This document shows, one piece after another, positions 29,869 through 41,000 of a stretch of 60,999 bases of DNA. The notes under the pieces are model-generated. The model saw nothing but the letters and a program-made list of their open reading frames with translations. It had not been told where the DNA came from and did no database searches. Where the stretch lies: positions 1-60,999 of IMG/VR virus record IMGVR_UViG_3300037502_000383; one strand, 5' to 3'. The translations under genes and the position numbers were made by a program. The first letter of the stretch is position 1. Every line of letters begins with the position of its first letter. The stretch comes from a virus. Its lineage: Duplodnaviria; Caudoviricetes.

Positions 29869-31485
29869 ATGGCCTTTTTAGCCCCTCTTGCTGCTACTGG
29901 CGCTGGTGCTGCCGGAACTGCCGCTGCTTTAGGTACAGGCGCTGCCGCCGCAGGTGCTGGCACGGCGTTAGGCGCTGGTTTAAGTGCAGGCACTATCCTT
30001 GGAACTGGAGCAGCTAGTTCTGGTGTGCTAGGCAGTCTTGGATTAAATGCACTAGGCGGTATGGCTTCGACACTCCCAGCTAGTGCTGGGCTAATGGCTG
30101 CTACGCCCGCAGCATTAACCAGTGGCGCTGCCGCGCTTGCGCCAACTGCGGGGATCTTTTCTCAGGCCACGCCCGCGCTTGCTGGTTTGCCTTCGTTGGC
30201 CCCCGCTGCTGCACAAGCAGCGCCGGGTCTGCTCCAAACCGCTGGCATGAGTCCATTAGGCGGGATGCAATCAATACTACCCGCTGGCACTTCTAACTTG
30301 GCAGGTAGCGCTGGTTCTCAATTAGCAGGGCAGGCAGGCAACATTAGCAACCAGATGTATTCTGAGTTAGCAAATCAGTTTGCGCGTCCTAATTTGGGGC
30401 GGGGCTTTACGCAACTTGGGCCTCAATTAGCAGAAGTGGGGCGGACTGGTTCTGCAACCGCAGATGCAATTAATAAAGCAGCGGGACTTGATACAACATT
30501 ATCAAGAGCAGATTTGCTTAAATTGCAATCGGGTCAAGTTGCAAATACTCCGCAAGCAATTAATCTTGCACAACAGGCCCAAGTGGGGCAGCAGCTATCT
30601 GATGTGGCTAGAGCGCAAAAAATGGCGCAGTTACATGGTTATGAAAGCGCTATTCAGCCGGGCGAAAATTTTCTTACTAACGCAATGAATTTAGTCCAAA
30701 ACCCTAGTATGCAAGGGGCGATGGATTACGTCAAAGAACATCCCTACGCTACTGCTGGTGCGGCATACGGTTTGTACAATTTGATGAAGCCGAAGCCAAA
30801 AGAACCGCCGAAAGACAAATCGCTTATTCGCCCGTATGAGTTTGAGCGCACACAACAACCTGAAGCATACGCAGTTAGCCCAGTCTCGGACACAAGTGAG
30901 CGCACTTATTTTACTGACACATTTACTCCGCTAGAGCCATACGAAGCGCCGGGTCCTGAGTACAAGAAAGCTGCTGCTGGCGGGTTGATGAAGTTGGCAG
31001 TTGGCGGTCCAATTGAAACTATGGCTGCGATGAATGCTGTTGGTGCCAACACTGGATATCCGCAGGCTGGCATTAATACGCCGATGTATTCCAACCCAAT
31101 GGTACAGCGTCCTGAAGCGGTGAATGTTTTAGCTCCGTCTAGTGATGCTGGCGTTGGTGCATATAGTGGGGAACCTAAGTTTGCAAGTGGTGGCCTGTCT
31201 GATTTGGGTGGCTATTCTGATGGTGGGCGCTTGTTGAAAGGACCCGGCGATGGAGTTTCTGATTCTATTCCTGCTGTTATTGGGGAGCGCCAACCTGCTC
31301 GTCTCGCTGATGGTGAGTTTGTAGTGCCAGCGCGTATCGTGTCTGAACTGGGTAACGGTTCCACAGAAGCGGGCGCACGTAAGCTCTACGCCATGATGGA
31401 TCGAGTGCAGAAGGCTAGGCGCAAGACGGTTGGCAAAGATCGAGTAGCAACAAATACCAGAGCCGATAAACACTTACCTGCATGA
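29869..31485 (+). CDS. Internal virion/ejection protein
   Basis: Ala/Gly-rich N-terminus; FASGG, GPGDGVSDSIPA...LADGEFVVPA motifs. Confidence 0.65.
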   Translation: MAFLAPLAATGAGAAGTAAALGTGAAAAGAGTALGAGLSAGTILGTGAASSGVLGSLGLNALGGMASTLPASAGLMAATPAALTSGAAALAPTAGIFSQATPALAGLPSLAPAAAQAAPGLLQTAGMSPLGGMQSILPAGTSNLAGSAGSQLAGQAGNISNQMYSELANQFARPNLGRGFTQLGPQLAEVGRTGSATADAINKAAGLDTTLSRADLLKLQSGQVANTPQAINLAQQAQVGQQLSDVARAQKMAQLHGYESAIQPGENFLTNAMNLVQNPSMQGAMDYVKEHPYATAGAAYGLYNLMKPKPKEPPKDKSLIRPYEFERTQQPEAYAVSPVSDTSERTYFTDTFTPLEPYEAPGPEYKKAAAGGLMKLAVGGPIETMAAMNAVGANTGYPQAGINTPMYSNPMVQRPEAVNVLAPSSDAGVGAYSGEPKFASGGLSDLGGYSDGGRLLKGPGDGVSDSIPAVIGERQPARLADGEFVVPARIVSELGNGSTEAGARKLYAMMDRVQKARRKTVGKDRVATNTRADKHLPA

Positions 31486-31892
31486 AGATACAACACGTAG
31501 ACATTAACTATGTGAATCAGATATGGCCGCAGGTGGAGAAATTCATTGCTGCGGCCTTAGAGTATCAAGATGACTACAACATTGAGCATGTAAAAGTATT
31601 TGTAGCAAATGGCACATGGATATTAATTGTTGCGCTAGATGAAGAAGGTGTTATTCATGGCGCGGCGACGGTGCAGTTTTACAACCGTCCGAACGATAGG
31701 GTGGCGTTTGTTATAACAACAGGTGGGCGAATGATTGTGAACCAAGATACGTTTGATAAGTTCGCTGCGCTACTAAAAGCATTTGGCGCTACATACGTTG
31801 AGTGTGCGACCCGGGAGTCAACAGCGCGACTGTATGAACGAGTTGGTATGCAAGAAAAATACCGGGTGGTGGGGGCAAAACTACCTATATGA
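31482..31892 (+). CDS. GNAT-like virion assembly protein (P22 gp14-like position)
   Basis: Size, position among ejection genes and motif pattern. Confidence 0.5.
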   Translation: MKIQHVDINYVNQIWPQVEKFIAAALEYQDDYNIEHVKVFVANGTWILIVALDEEGVIHGAATVQFYNRPNDRVAFVITTGGRMIVNQDTFDKFAALLKAFGATYVECATRESTARLYERVGMQEKYRVVGAKLPI

Positions 31893-32335
31893 ACAACTAC
31901 GGCAAACTTGAGTGGTTTGGGGGTAATGCTGATGCGTTACAAATGTACCGTATGTTGGTAGACCTTGCCCACCTTTGGGATGACTTGGTTGACAAAGATA
32001 AAGAAGTAACCGAATTTGATATTAATAATTCTTTTTTAATTTGCTTGGTGTACCTGCCGCTTAATCCGTTTTATCAACAGATACAGCGGGATGTACTGCC
32101 AATGTGGATAACGGTGGTTTCTGCGTATCAAACTGCAAACAAGTTTGAGCGAGAGAAAGATGAACATGGACTTGAGGCGGCGCACATGCTTCGGTATGCC
32201 GCAGGAAACATCCTTGCTTACGCTATACATATGTGTGTTGGGCCAGAAAAAGCGGCGGAGTATGTACCCGAGATGTGGAAAGATGTGGTTAACGAACGCT
32301 TTGCCGATTATCGTGAGGAGCATCTAAATGCTTAG
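31889..32335 (+). CDS. Helical protein with WDDLVDKD motif
   Basis: ATGA overlap; DDxxD motif. Confidence 0.6.
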   Translation: MNNYGKLEWFGGNADALQMYRMLVDLAHLWDDLVDKDKEVTEFDINNSFLICLVYLPLNPFYQQIQRDVLPMWITVVSAYQTANKFEREKDEHGLEAAHMLRYAAGNILAYAIHMCVGPEKAAEYVPEMWKDVVNERFADYREEHLNA

Positions 32336-33335
32336 CATTTTTAAATTTATCTTTAACCCCGACTGGTTCACTTTTAGTTTTGGTGGTGGCCCCGGTGGGA
32401 ATCAGCCACGCGAAACCGTTCAGACGCAAACCACCATTCCAGAATATGCGCGTCCGTATGTCGAGCGGATGCTTGGCAAAGCGGAAGCCGCAACAAACGC
32501 TCCTTACCAAGCCTACGGTGGTCAGCGTATAGCTGAGTTCAATCCGTTACAGCAGCAGGCATTCCAAGGCGCAGCTAATCTCGGCCCAGCACAGCAGGTA
32601 GGCGTAGGATCACAATTCGCTGGTCTTGCTGGCTTGCAAGGATTGGGCGCTGGTCAGCAGTATGCGCAACAAGCCACATCTCCCGGCTCGATGCAAGCTT
32701 ATATGTCGCCGTACACCAACCTAGCGTTAGAACCGCAGATGCGTGAAGCCGCTCGTCGCTCGGCGATGGAGGGGCAAATGAACCAAGCGCAAGCAGTGCA
32801 GCGTGGAGCGTTTGGCGGGTCCCGTTCTGCGATTATGGAAGCAGAGCGTCAGCGCAATCTTGGTCAGCTTCAGTCTGACATTTACGGCAAAGGTATGCAG
32901 ACTGCGTTCGAGCAGGCTCGTCAGGCACAGCAATTTGGTGCCGACCTTGGGCTGCGCGGCGCAGGTCTAGGCTTGCAGGGTGCAAGTACTTTGGGTCAGT
33001 TAGGCCAGACTCAGTTCGGTCAGGAAGAAGCCGCTATGCGGGCGCAGGCAGGTGCGGGTGCTTTGCAGCAACAGCAATCACAACGCGCTTTGGATCAGGC
33101 GTATCAAGACTTCTTGTCGCAGCGTGGTTACCCACAACAGCAGTTGGCGTTCATGTCGGACATTCTACGTGGTGTGCCATTATCACAATCAACGCAGTCG
33201 GTTTATTCAGCACCACCATCATTAATGGGTCAGCTTGGTGGCGCTGGATTGACGTATCTAGGTGCCAAGCAGGCTGGGCTATTTGCTGCTGGTGGTCTTG
33301 CCGGTCTTGCGGCAGACAAATTGATGCAGGAATAA
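32328..33335 (+). CDS. DNA ejection/pilot protein
   Basis: Q/A/G-rich; YMSPY, GAFGGSR motifs; C-terminal FAAGG. Confidence 0.7.
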   Translation: MLSIFKFIFNPDWFTFSFGGGPGGNQPRETVQTQTTIPEYARPYVERMLGKAEAATNAPYQAYGGQRIAEFNPLQQQAFQGAANLGPAQQVGVGSQFAGLAGLQGLGAGQQYAQQATSPGSMQAYMSPYTNLALEPQMREAARRSAMEGQMNQAQAVQRGAFGGSRSAIMEAERQRNLGQLQSDIYGKGMQTAFEQARQAQQFGADLGLRGAGLGLQGASTLGQLGQTQFGQEEAAMRAQAGAGALQQQQSQRALDQAYQDFLSQRGYPQQQLAFMSDILRGVPLSQSTQSVYSAPPSLMGQLGGAGLTYLGAKQAGLFAAGGLAGLAADKLMQE

Positions 33336-33338
33336 ATC

Positions 33339-35048
33339 ATGGATAGACAGATTGCAGAAGTCCAAGCATTAGCGACCAAGTACTCGAAGGCAGAACTTGG
33401 CCGGATGGTGAAGATGGGTCTGTTAGATCCGCAGAAAGCCATGATGGCTGGGATGATGATTGACCGCATCCAGAAACAGAACGCGCAGCCGCCGCAGACT
33501 ACTGTGGCAGAAGATGTGTTCGGTGCGCAACAGCCTCAACCGCGACCAATGCAACAACCTGCTGGTCTGGAAACGCTGCCGGCGGAGAACATCGGCGAAT
33601 ACGCTGGTGGTGGCATTGTGGCATTTGCAGATGGTGGCGAAGCTGATGTGCCGGGATATGCCGGGCGCGATGAAAGCTGGGTGATTGATCCTGCTGTACA
33701 GCGTCAGCGTGACATGCAGTGGAGATTGCCTATACTGAAGCAAGAACTGAAAGAAGCACAGGCGCGTGGTAGCGCGGCAGATGTCGCAGCAGTACAGCGT
33801 GAAATTCGTAGACTGATTCCCCGCGCAGATGCTGATGCTGGTATCGGCGCTTTGATTCCTGCTGCCCAAGCGGCAGAGCGCACATCAACTCGTGCAGCTC
33901 CAGCAACAGCTGACATGGATTATTTCCAAGATCCGTTTGGCGCGCCTAGTTACACAGGCGGTCCTGATTCACTCAAGCAGGAAGTTGAAGCAGGCAAGCC
34001 ATACGATCCTAGTCTGCAAGGCATGATATTTGGCTACAAGCAGATTGCTCCTAAACCACCTGCGCCTCCCGCTGCGCCTAAAGCAAAGACAACTGAAGCG
34101 CCGCCGCCTGAAGCCCCGCCTGCGCCGAAGAAGGAAGCTGCTCCAGTGCCGCGCGCAGAAGAGCGGAAGGATGAATTTGCTAACGTTTCTGGCGGGTTGA
34201 AAGCGGAAAAGATTGAAGCGCCGAAGAGGATGTCCCTGCAAGAACTTGCAAAAGAGCAGGAAGAGGCCGACAGACTGATGGGTGTGGACAAAGAAATCTT
34301 CAACAAGATCCGCCAAGATTATAAAAACATGACTGGCAAGTTTGAAGAGCGTCGCAACAAAGCGGCTGGCATGGCGTTGGCGATGGCCGGTCTTGGATTG
34401 TTCACTGCTCGTGAAGGTCAGGAAGCGGAAGCGTTAGGCAAATACGGCACACAGGCACTTGTTGGCTACATGGGTGCGATGGAGAAGCTTAACGAGAACG
34501 AAGACAGACTGTCCGAGAAACTGCGCGATCTTGACCTTGCCGAGCAAAATTATCTGCGCAACAAATCTGATAAAGCACTGAGTGAGAAGCGGGCGATTGA
34601 GCGTGACATTCGTGGCGTACAGGCTGAGAATGCCAAGCTGCAAACAACGGTTAATCTCAAAGCCGCAGACATTGCGATTGAAAAGATTAAGGTGGACAAT
34701 CCGCCGATGTATCAGATCCTCAAGAGGATTGTGCAGGATCAACACGATGCTGGTAATTTGAAGTACGACACTCGTGATGCGCTGCGTGATTATCAGGGCG
34801 TTGCCAAGCAGGGCACCGTTACCAGAGATCAGGCATACAAAGCATGGACAGAGAACATCCAACTACAAGCTAAATATCCTGACTTTGAACAATACTATGC
34901 TGGCTTCCAGCGCAGTATGGATGGCGGCGCTCCCGCAGTTCCACCGGCAGCAGCAGTTGAATACTTGAGAAGCAATCCCGGTTTAGCGGGAGACTTCGAT
35001 GCAAAATACGGAGCGGGCGCAGCAGCTCGGGTACTAGGGGCAAAGTAA
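33339..35048 (+). CDS. Internal virion/ejection protein
   Basis: YAGGGIVAFADGG, coiled coil; position before giant protein. Confidence 0.6.
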   Translation: MDRQIAEVQALATKYSKAELGRMVKMGLLDPQKAMMAGMMIDRIQKQNAQPPQTTVAEDVFGAQQPQPRPMQQPAGLETLPAENIGEYAGGGIVAFADGGEADVPGYAGRDESWVIDPAVQRQRDMQWRLPILKQELKEAQARGSAADVAAVQREIRRLIPRADADAGIGALIPAAQAAERTSTRAAPATADMDYFQDPFGAPSYTGGPDSLKQEVEAGKPYDPSLQGMIFGYKQIAPKPPAPPAAPKAKTTEAPPPEAPPAPKKEAAPVPRAEERKDEFANVSGGLKAEKIEAPKRMSLQELAKEQEEADRLMGVDKEIFNKIRQDYKNMTGKFEERRNKAAGMALAMAGLGLFTAREGQEAEALGKYGTQALVGYMGAMEKLNENEDRLSEKLRDLDLAEQNYLRNKSDKALSEKRAIERDIRGVQAENAKLQTTVNLKAADIAIEKIKVDNPPMYQILKRIVQDQHDAGNLKYDTRDALRDYQGVAKQGTVTRDQAYKAWTENIQLQAKYPDFEQYYAGFQRSMDGGAPAVPPAAAVEYLRSNPGLAGDFDAKYGAGAAARVLGAK

Positions 35049-38000
35049 ATGGCAAACCCATTTGACCAGTTTGACGTTGCAACCAAAGCTGGCAATCCGT
35101 TTGACCAGTTCGATGCGCCAGTCAAGCGCGAGCGCACATTAGGTGAAGCTGCGACGGATATCTACGCTGGCCTCAAAGGTGGCGTAGGTTCGCTATTACA
35201 GCTACCCAGTCAGGTGGCTGGCGTAGTTACTGGTGAGTTTGAGAAACCGGGTGAAGAGACCGGTCTTGCTGCCGCTGGCAAAGGGCTACAGGCTGAAGCG
35301 CAGGCAATGAAATCTCCCGGCCTGAAAGCACGAGAAGCAGCGCGCGCGGAGAAAGTTGCAGCAGCAGAGAAGCGTGGGCAGCTAGATGCCTTCATGACCG
35401 CATTCTCGGAGACGCTTCGTGATCCCGGACTACTGACTAATTTCCTTGCCGAGCAGGCTCCACAACTTATCCCATCGCTAGGTGTTGCACGGTTGATCAA
35501 ACCGTTTGCCGGTACGGCTGCTGCCGTGCGCGGTGCCGTTGGTACTGGCGCAGTCCAGCAAGGCGCAGACATTGCCGCCGGTACATACGAGCAGGTTTAC
35601 AACGAGCTGATCAAACAAGGTGCTACTGAAGAGGAGGCCGCTGGCCGCGCTATCGGGCTGGCAAGAACGGCTGGTGCTGGTGCGCTGACTATCTCTCTGT
35701 TGGCACAACGTCTGCCCGGAGCGAAGGCAATAGAAGAGGCATTCGCTGGTCAGGAAGGCAGGCTCGGCAGAGTGTTTGGTGCTGGCCGTGCAGGGCTGGG
35801 TGAAGCGATTGGTGAGGTTGCGGAAGAGACTCCAGCCAAGGCGCTACAGAACTACCTGATGGCCTACGGTGTTGAGCCGCTGGGCATGGAAGCAGTTACA
35901 CCCGGATCATCGCTGACTGCTGGTCTGGGTGAGACGGCTGCTATGGCCGCGCTGGGCGGTGCGGGTATGGGTGCTGGTGTGGGCTTGGCACAGCGTCAAG
36001 TTGGCGCAGAACAAGTGCCGCCAAAAAGACAGCCGCCTTCTCAGTTTGCTCCTGAACCAGAAGCGCCTATTGAACCAATGCCGCCTGTGGAGCCACGAGC
36101 GCCCGCAGGAGCGGCTGCTGTACCGCCAACACCACCTGCGCCTATCGAAGCTGCCGCGCCGCCTGTAGAGCCGGGTGTGCCGCCTGTCGAACCACCTGCT
36201 CCGCCTGCACCGCCCATGCCGGAACCGCCTAGAGACGCGGTAGATGCGATGCGCAATTACTGGGTGGGTAGCCCAGCAGACTTTGGCATGTCATTCGCAG
36301 ACATCCAGAACCGTGACCGCACGAAGCCCGCATCGATCCAGCAGATGACGAGCATTGCCAGACGGCCTGATTACAACCGGCTGTCTGTGTCGAGAGACTT
36401 CGGTGCTGGTGCGCCTGTAGTTATCAGCGATATCGAGATTGATCCTAGCCGCCTTGGCCGGATTGATACCGTGTCTGCGTCCGACGGTACCAAGATTCCA
36501 GTGCAGTACGCTGTCATGGATGCGCGTGAGATTACGCCCAGCAACCGTGCGGATGGTACGACGATAGAGCAGTATGCCGATCCCGCGTTTGAGGGCATCC
36601 GCCCGGTAGCGGGGAATGGCCGTATTGCTGGCTTGCAGGAGCTGTACCGTAGTGGTCCATACGGCGACTATGTGCAGCAGATGATGGGCGATGCAGCCCA
36701 CGGTATTAATCCTGAAGTCATCTCTGCTATCGAGCAGCCCGTGCTTGTGCGCATCATGCCCAAGTCTGCGCTCACGCCTGATATTGCTGACAAGAGCAAC
36801 GTCGGTGGTCAGCTTGGCATGTCGCCGACCGAGCAGGCAAAGATCGACATGAACAGGTTCGACCTGCAAGGTATCCAGTTCCTTGCTAATGGTTCTCCTA
36901 GCTTGAACTCGCTGCGGCAATTTGTTGCCGCTATGCCGCCGGAAGAACAGGGCAATCTGCTGAACGCAGAAGGCCAGCCTAATCCACTGGCAAAGATCCG
37001 TCTGGCAAATGCACTGTTTGCTCGTGCGTATGCAAATGATTCGTTGATCGATCTGTATGCAGAAGCTACTGACCCAGAGGCGCAGCAGATCCTGCGTGGT
37101 ATGGCTATCGCTGCACCGGCCATGTCCAATCTGTCAGAAGCTGGCGACTATGACATCCGTCCGTACGTGACTAAGGCTGCGGAGCTGGCAGTCAATGCTC
37201 GTCGTCAGGGTATCGACCTCGCGGCATACATTGATCAAGGTGATCTGGAGTTAGATCTGTTGACCCGTGAAGTGGTCAGCATGTTTGCCGCCAACAAGAA
37301 CGCACCACGCAGGATTGGTGACTCGTTGGTAATGCTGGCAGCAGAAGCAAACCGTGCGGCAGAGCAGGCATCAGCACCGCCAGATATGTTTGGTGAAGTT
37401 GCGTTCAAGCGCCCGCTGGAAGATGTATTTGCCATTCTGCGCGGAGAGCCGACACAAGTAGCGCCGATAGTCGAAGAGGAGGAAGCGCCAGAAAAACTGA
37501 CCTACCAGATCGGAAAGTCAGAAGAGCAGATTGCCCAAGAAATAGATGGCATGAACGTAGTGCAGGTAGCGGACTGGCTGGTAGACAACGCGCCTAACAA
37601 TTTTAGCAAGATCGTATCCGAAGCTGTGCGCTCGCGGGTCAAGGCGATGCAAGCCCGCAAGATTCCGATGACGTTCAAACTGTTGCGAGGTGCCGAAAGG
37701 AAGGAAAAAGTTTACGGCGCTGTCGATGGTAGATACAAAGGCAATGTTCGATTTGATGTGACAATAAATGCGCCAACAGCGCCCGGAGAAAAGGCAGCAG
37801 TTGTTGGCACAGAATACAGAACATTGCTACATGAGATGTTGCATCTGGCGACGCAAGGTCAGATTCACATTGAAATAGGAAAGGGTCGTCGCCCTACTAG
37901 CGGCCCTATCTATGAATTAGAGAATTTGCGCAAGTTCATTATGAAGAAGGTACGAGAAGATCGTGCCGCTGGTCGTCCCGTACCAAGAAGATTAAATAGA

Positions 38001-41000
38001 GAGCAAGCGCTATTAGATGTCCATGAGCTGATTTCGTATGGTTTTACAGAGGTTGAGGTTCAGCAGTATCTGGCGTCCATAACCTACAAAAATAAGAATG
38101 GGTTTACCCGTTTTGTAGACGCAATTCGCAAGCTGATGGCTATTAACAAAAAAGATCAGACTGCGATGGAACGTCTTGTGTCACTGACAGATGAAATTCT
38201 GGAAGTGCCAGTCAAAGATATTGCGGCAAAACTTAAGGCTGCTGGCGTACGTTTTGGGGTTGGCGCGATTGGTACGCCATCAATGGCGGACACTCGTACG
38301 CCGGAGTTCCGCAAGTGGTTTGGCAAGAGCAAAGTAGTTGACCAGAATGGCGAACCGCGAGTGATGTATCACGGCACGGTGTCCGACTTTGATACCTTCA
38401 TTCCTGACTCGCACTTTGGAACTGCTCGTGCAGCCAACCAGCGCGCGCGATCATGGAGTGCGCAGAACGGCGAAAGACCGATGCAGATCATGCCCGTGTA
38501 TCTGCGCATCGAGAATCCGCTACGTGTCATGGATAACGAGGCTTCCGATGAGGCAGCTTTGCTCAACGCTATCAAGCGCGGCAAGTATCCACAACTTGAC
38601 TTGGGAATCGCCAATCGAGAGGGTGCATACGCTGCGGCAAAAGCTGCGGGCTACGATGGTCTTGTCTATCAAAATAAGGTAGAGGATAGAAACAAACTAT
38701 CGTATGTGGCGTTTGATCCCAACCAAATCAAATCCATCTTCAACCTGCGGCCCACCGAGAGCAAGGTAATCACCGAAGAGCGCGAAGCGCCGGAAGAACG
38801 CCCAAGCTTTTATCCCGGCATGTCTCAACTTGGCTATACCCGGATAGATGACCGTACATCGCCACGCATATATACCGATGAGGGTGGTCAGCCGTACCTG
38901 ACATTTGAAAAAAATGGTGTCAGGGTTGCGCTATCGTCCAACAATATTTTGTACGAGGATGAGCGCGGACGGGTAAATGAAGGATATGGCGAGCCAAACG
39001 AATCTATTATTCGTGCGCTAATTGTTGATCCAGAGGTGCGCGGCCAAGGCAGGGCAAAGGCTGTATTGCGGGAGATTACTGATCTAGCAGATCAATCTGG
39101 CACCGTGTTGTATATACAACCAGCGCCTATCGCGGGCGGCAAAATGTCAGTGCAACAATTGACAGCCCTATACAAACAGTTTGGATTTGTACCAGCAAAA
39201 GGCAAATCGCAAAAAGTTCTTGTGCGCGAACCCAAAGCGGAGACGGTAACCACAGAAGAGCGCGAGCCATTCGCTGACATCTCGGAAGAGAAGCTAGAGA
39301 CTCCATCCCGCATACAGGACAAGCTGGAAGAGAAGTGGGACCGGATGCGTACGGGCGCACCCAAGGCCAAGCCGTCCAGCTTCTCCGATGTTGATGAAGG
39401 TCTGTGGAAAGATATCAGTGGCGTCTTCTTCCCGCAGAACAAGAACATCGTGCAGAAGGTAGATGGTATGCGCGACCGCTTTTGGCAGCGGCTGGCGCAG
39501 GGCGTGGCAGATCAGTACCGCACCATCAAAGACTACAGCCCAGAGGCGTACATGAAAGCCCGCATGTCGAAGACTATCGACGGCGCGCTGGAAGGCATCC
39601 TGTTCGAGGGCGAGGTCAAGCTGACTGACGGCGCGCTCGACATTGCCAAGGACACGAAGGGTCTGCTGAAGGTGATGGAGCCGGTGGGTAATGAAGTAGA
39701 CCGGTATCAAATCTGGGTAGCGTTGCAACGTGATGCGCAGCTTGTGGCACAGGGTAAAGTGCCATCGGTAAGCAAAGATATTGTGGCTCGCCGCGATGAA
39801 CTATCTGCCGGGAAAATTGGAGATAAGTCGCGCCTTGAGGTGTATCAACAGGTTCAGAAGGACATGAACAAACTGAACCGCTCGGTGCTTCGTATTGCGC
39901 TCAAGCAGGGAATTATAGATAAGGAAGCGTTCAAGGTCTTTGCTCGTGACATCAATTACATCCCGTTCTACAAGGTAATGGATGAGGGTGGAAGCGTACA
40001 GGCTGCGGCCAGTAAGACTGGTCTAGTCAATCAGTACTTCTCAAAGGCGCTGCAAGGTGGAGAGAAACCGTTCGGCGATCTGATGGAAAACACGCTGCGG
40101 AACTGGAGCCACATTCTGTCTGCATCCATGAAGAACGAGGCGGCTAACGCTACTGTCAAGGCGGCGATGGATGTTGGAGGAGCGTTCCCAAATCTGAAAG
40201 TTGGCCTTGAGTGGCGACTGGATGACGACGGCAGAAACGGCAAGGTCTATAGTGCTAAGACAGGTGAGATGATAGGCGATGGTTCACTGAAGCCGCAGTA
40301 CACCAGCAGCGATGGCAAGGGTCTGGTCAAGACCATGATCGACGGCAAGCCTGCGTACTTCGAGATCGTTGATCCGTTACTGCTTGAATCCATCATGTCC
40401 ATCGGGTACATGGGTCCGAAGTCCAAGTTCCTCGATGTCGCTCGTGACTTCAAGAACATCCTGCAATTCGGTGTCACTGTCTCGCCTGCGTTCAAAGTGC
40501 GCAACCTGATCCGCGACTCCGTGCAGTCTGCTGCCGTGTCTGGCATCGGCCTGAACATCGCCAAGAACGTGACGGATGGTATTGCCGCAAGTAAGAAGGG
40601 CAACCCTGACTACATCTCTGCGCTGGCGGGCGGTGCCATCTTTAACTTCGGCTCGTACATGGAGGGTGATCAGGCCAAGATGGTCAAGCGCCTGATCGAG
40701 CAGGGCATCAAGGGCGAGAACATCCTCGACACAGATGCGAAGATCAAGGCTGGCTTGAAGAGAATGTGGGACGGCTACCAAGATTGGGGCAACCGTTCAG
40801 AAGCTGCCAACCGCATGGCGCTGTATCAACAGCTCCGGGCGAAGGGATTCAGCCATCTCGAAGCATCGTTCCAAGCGCGCGATCTGCTGGACTTCTCGAT
40901 GCAAGGCGCATGGCCTGCGGTCAGAATGGTCACGCAGGTGATCCCGTTCTTGAATGCCCGTGTGCAGGGTCTGTACAAGCTTGGCAGAGACGGCATCACA

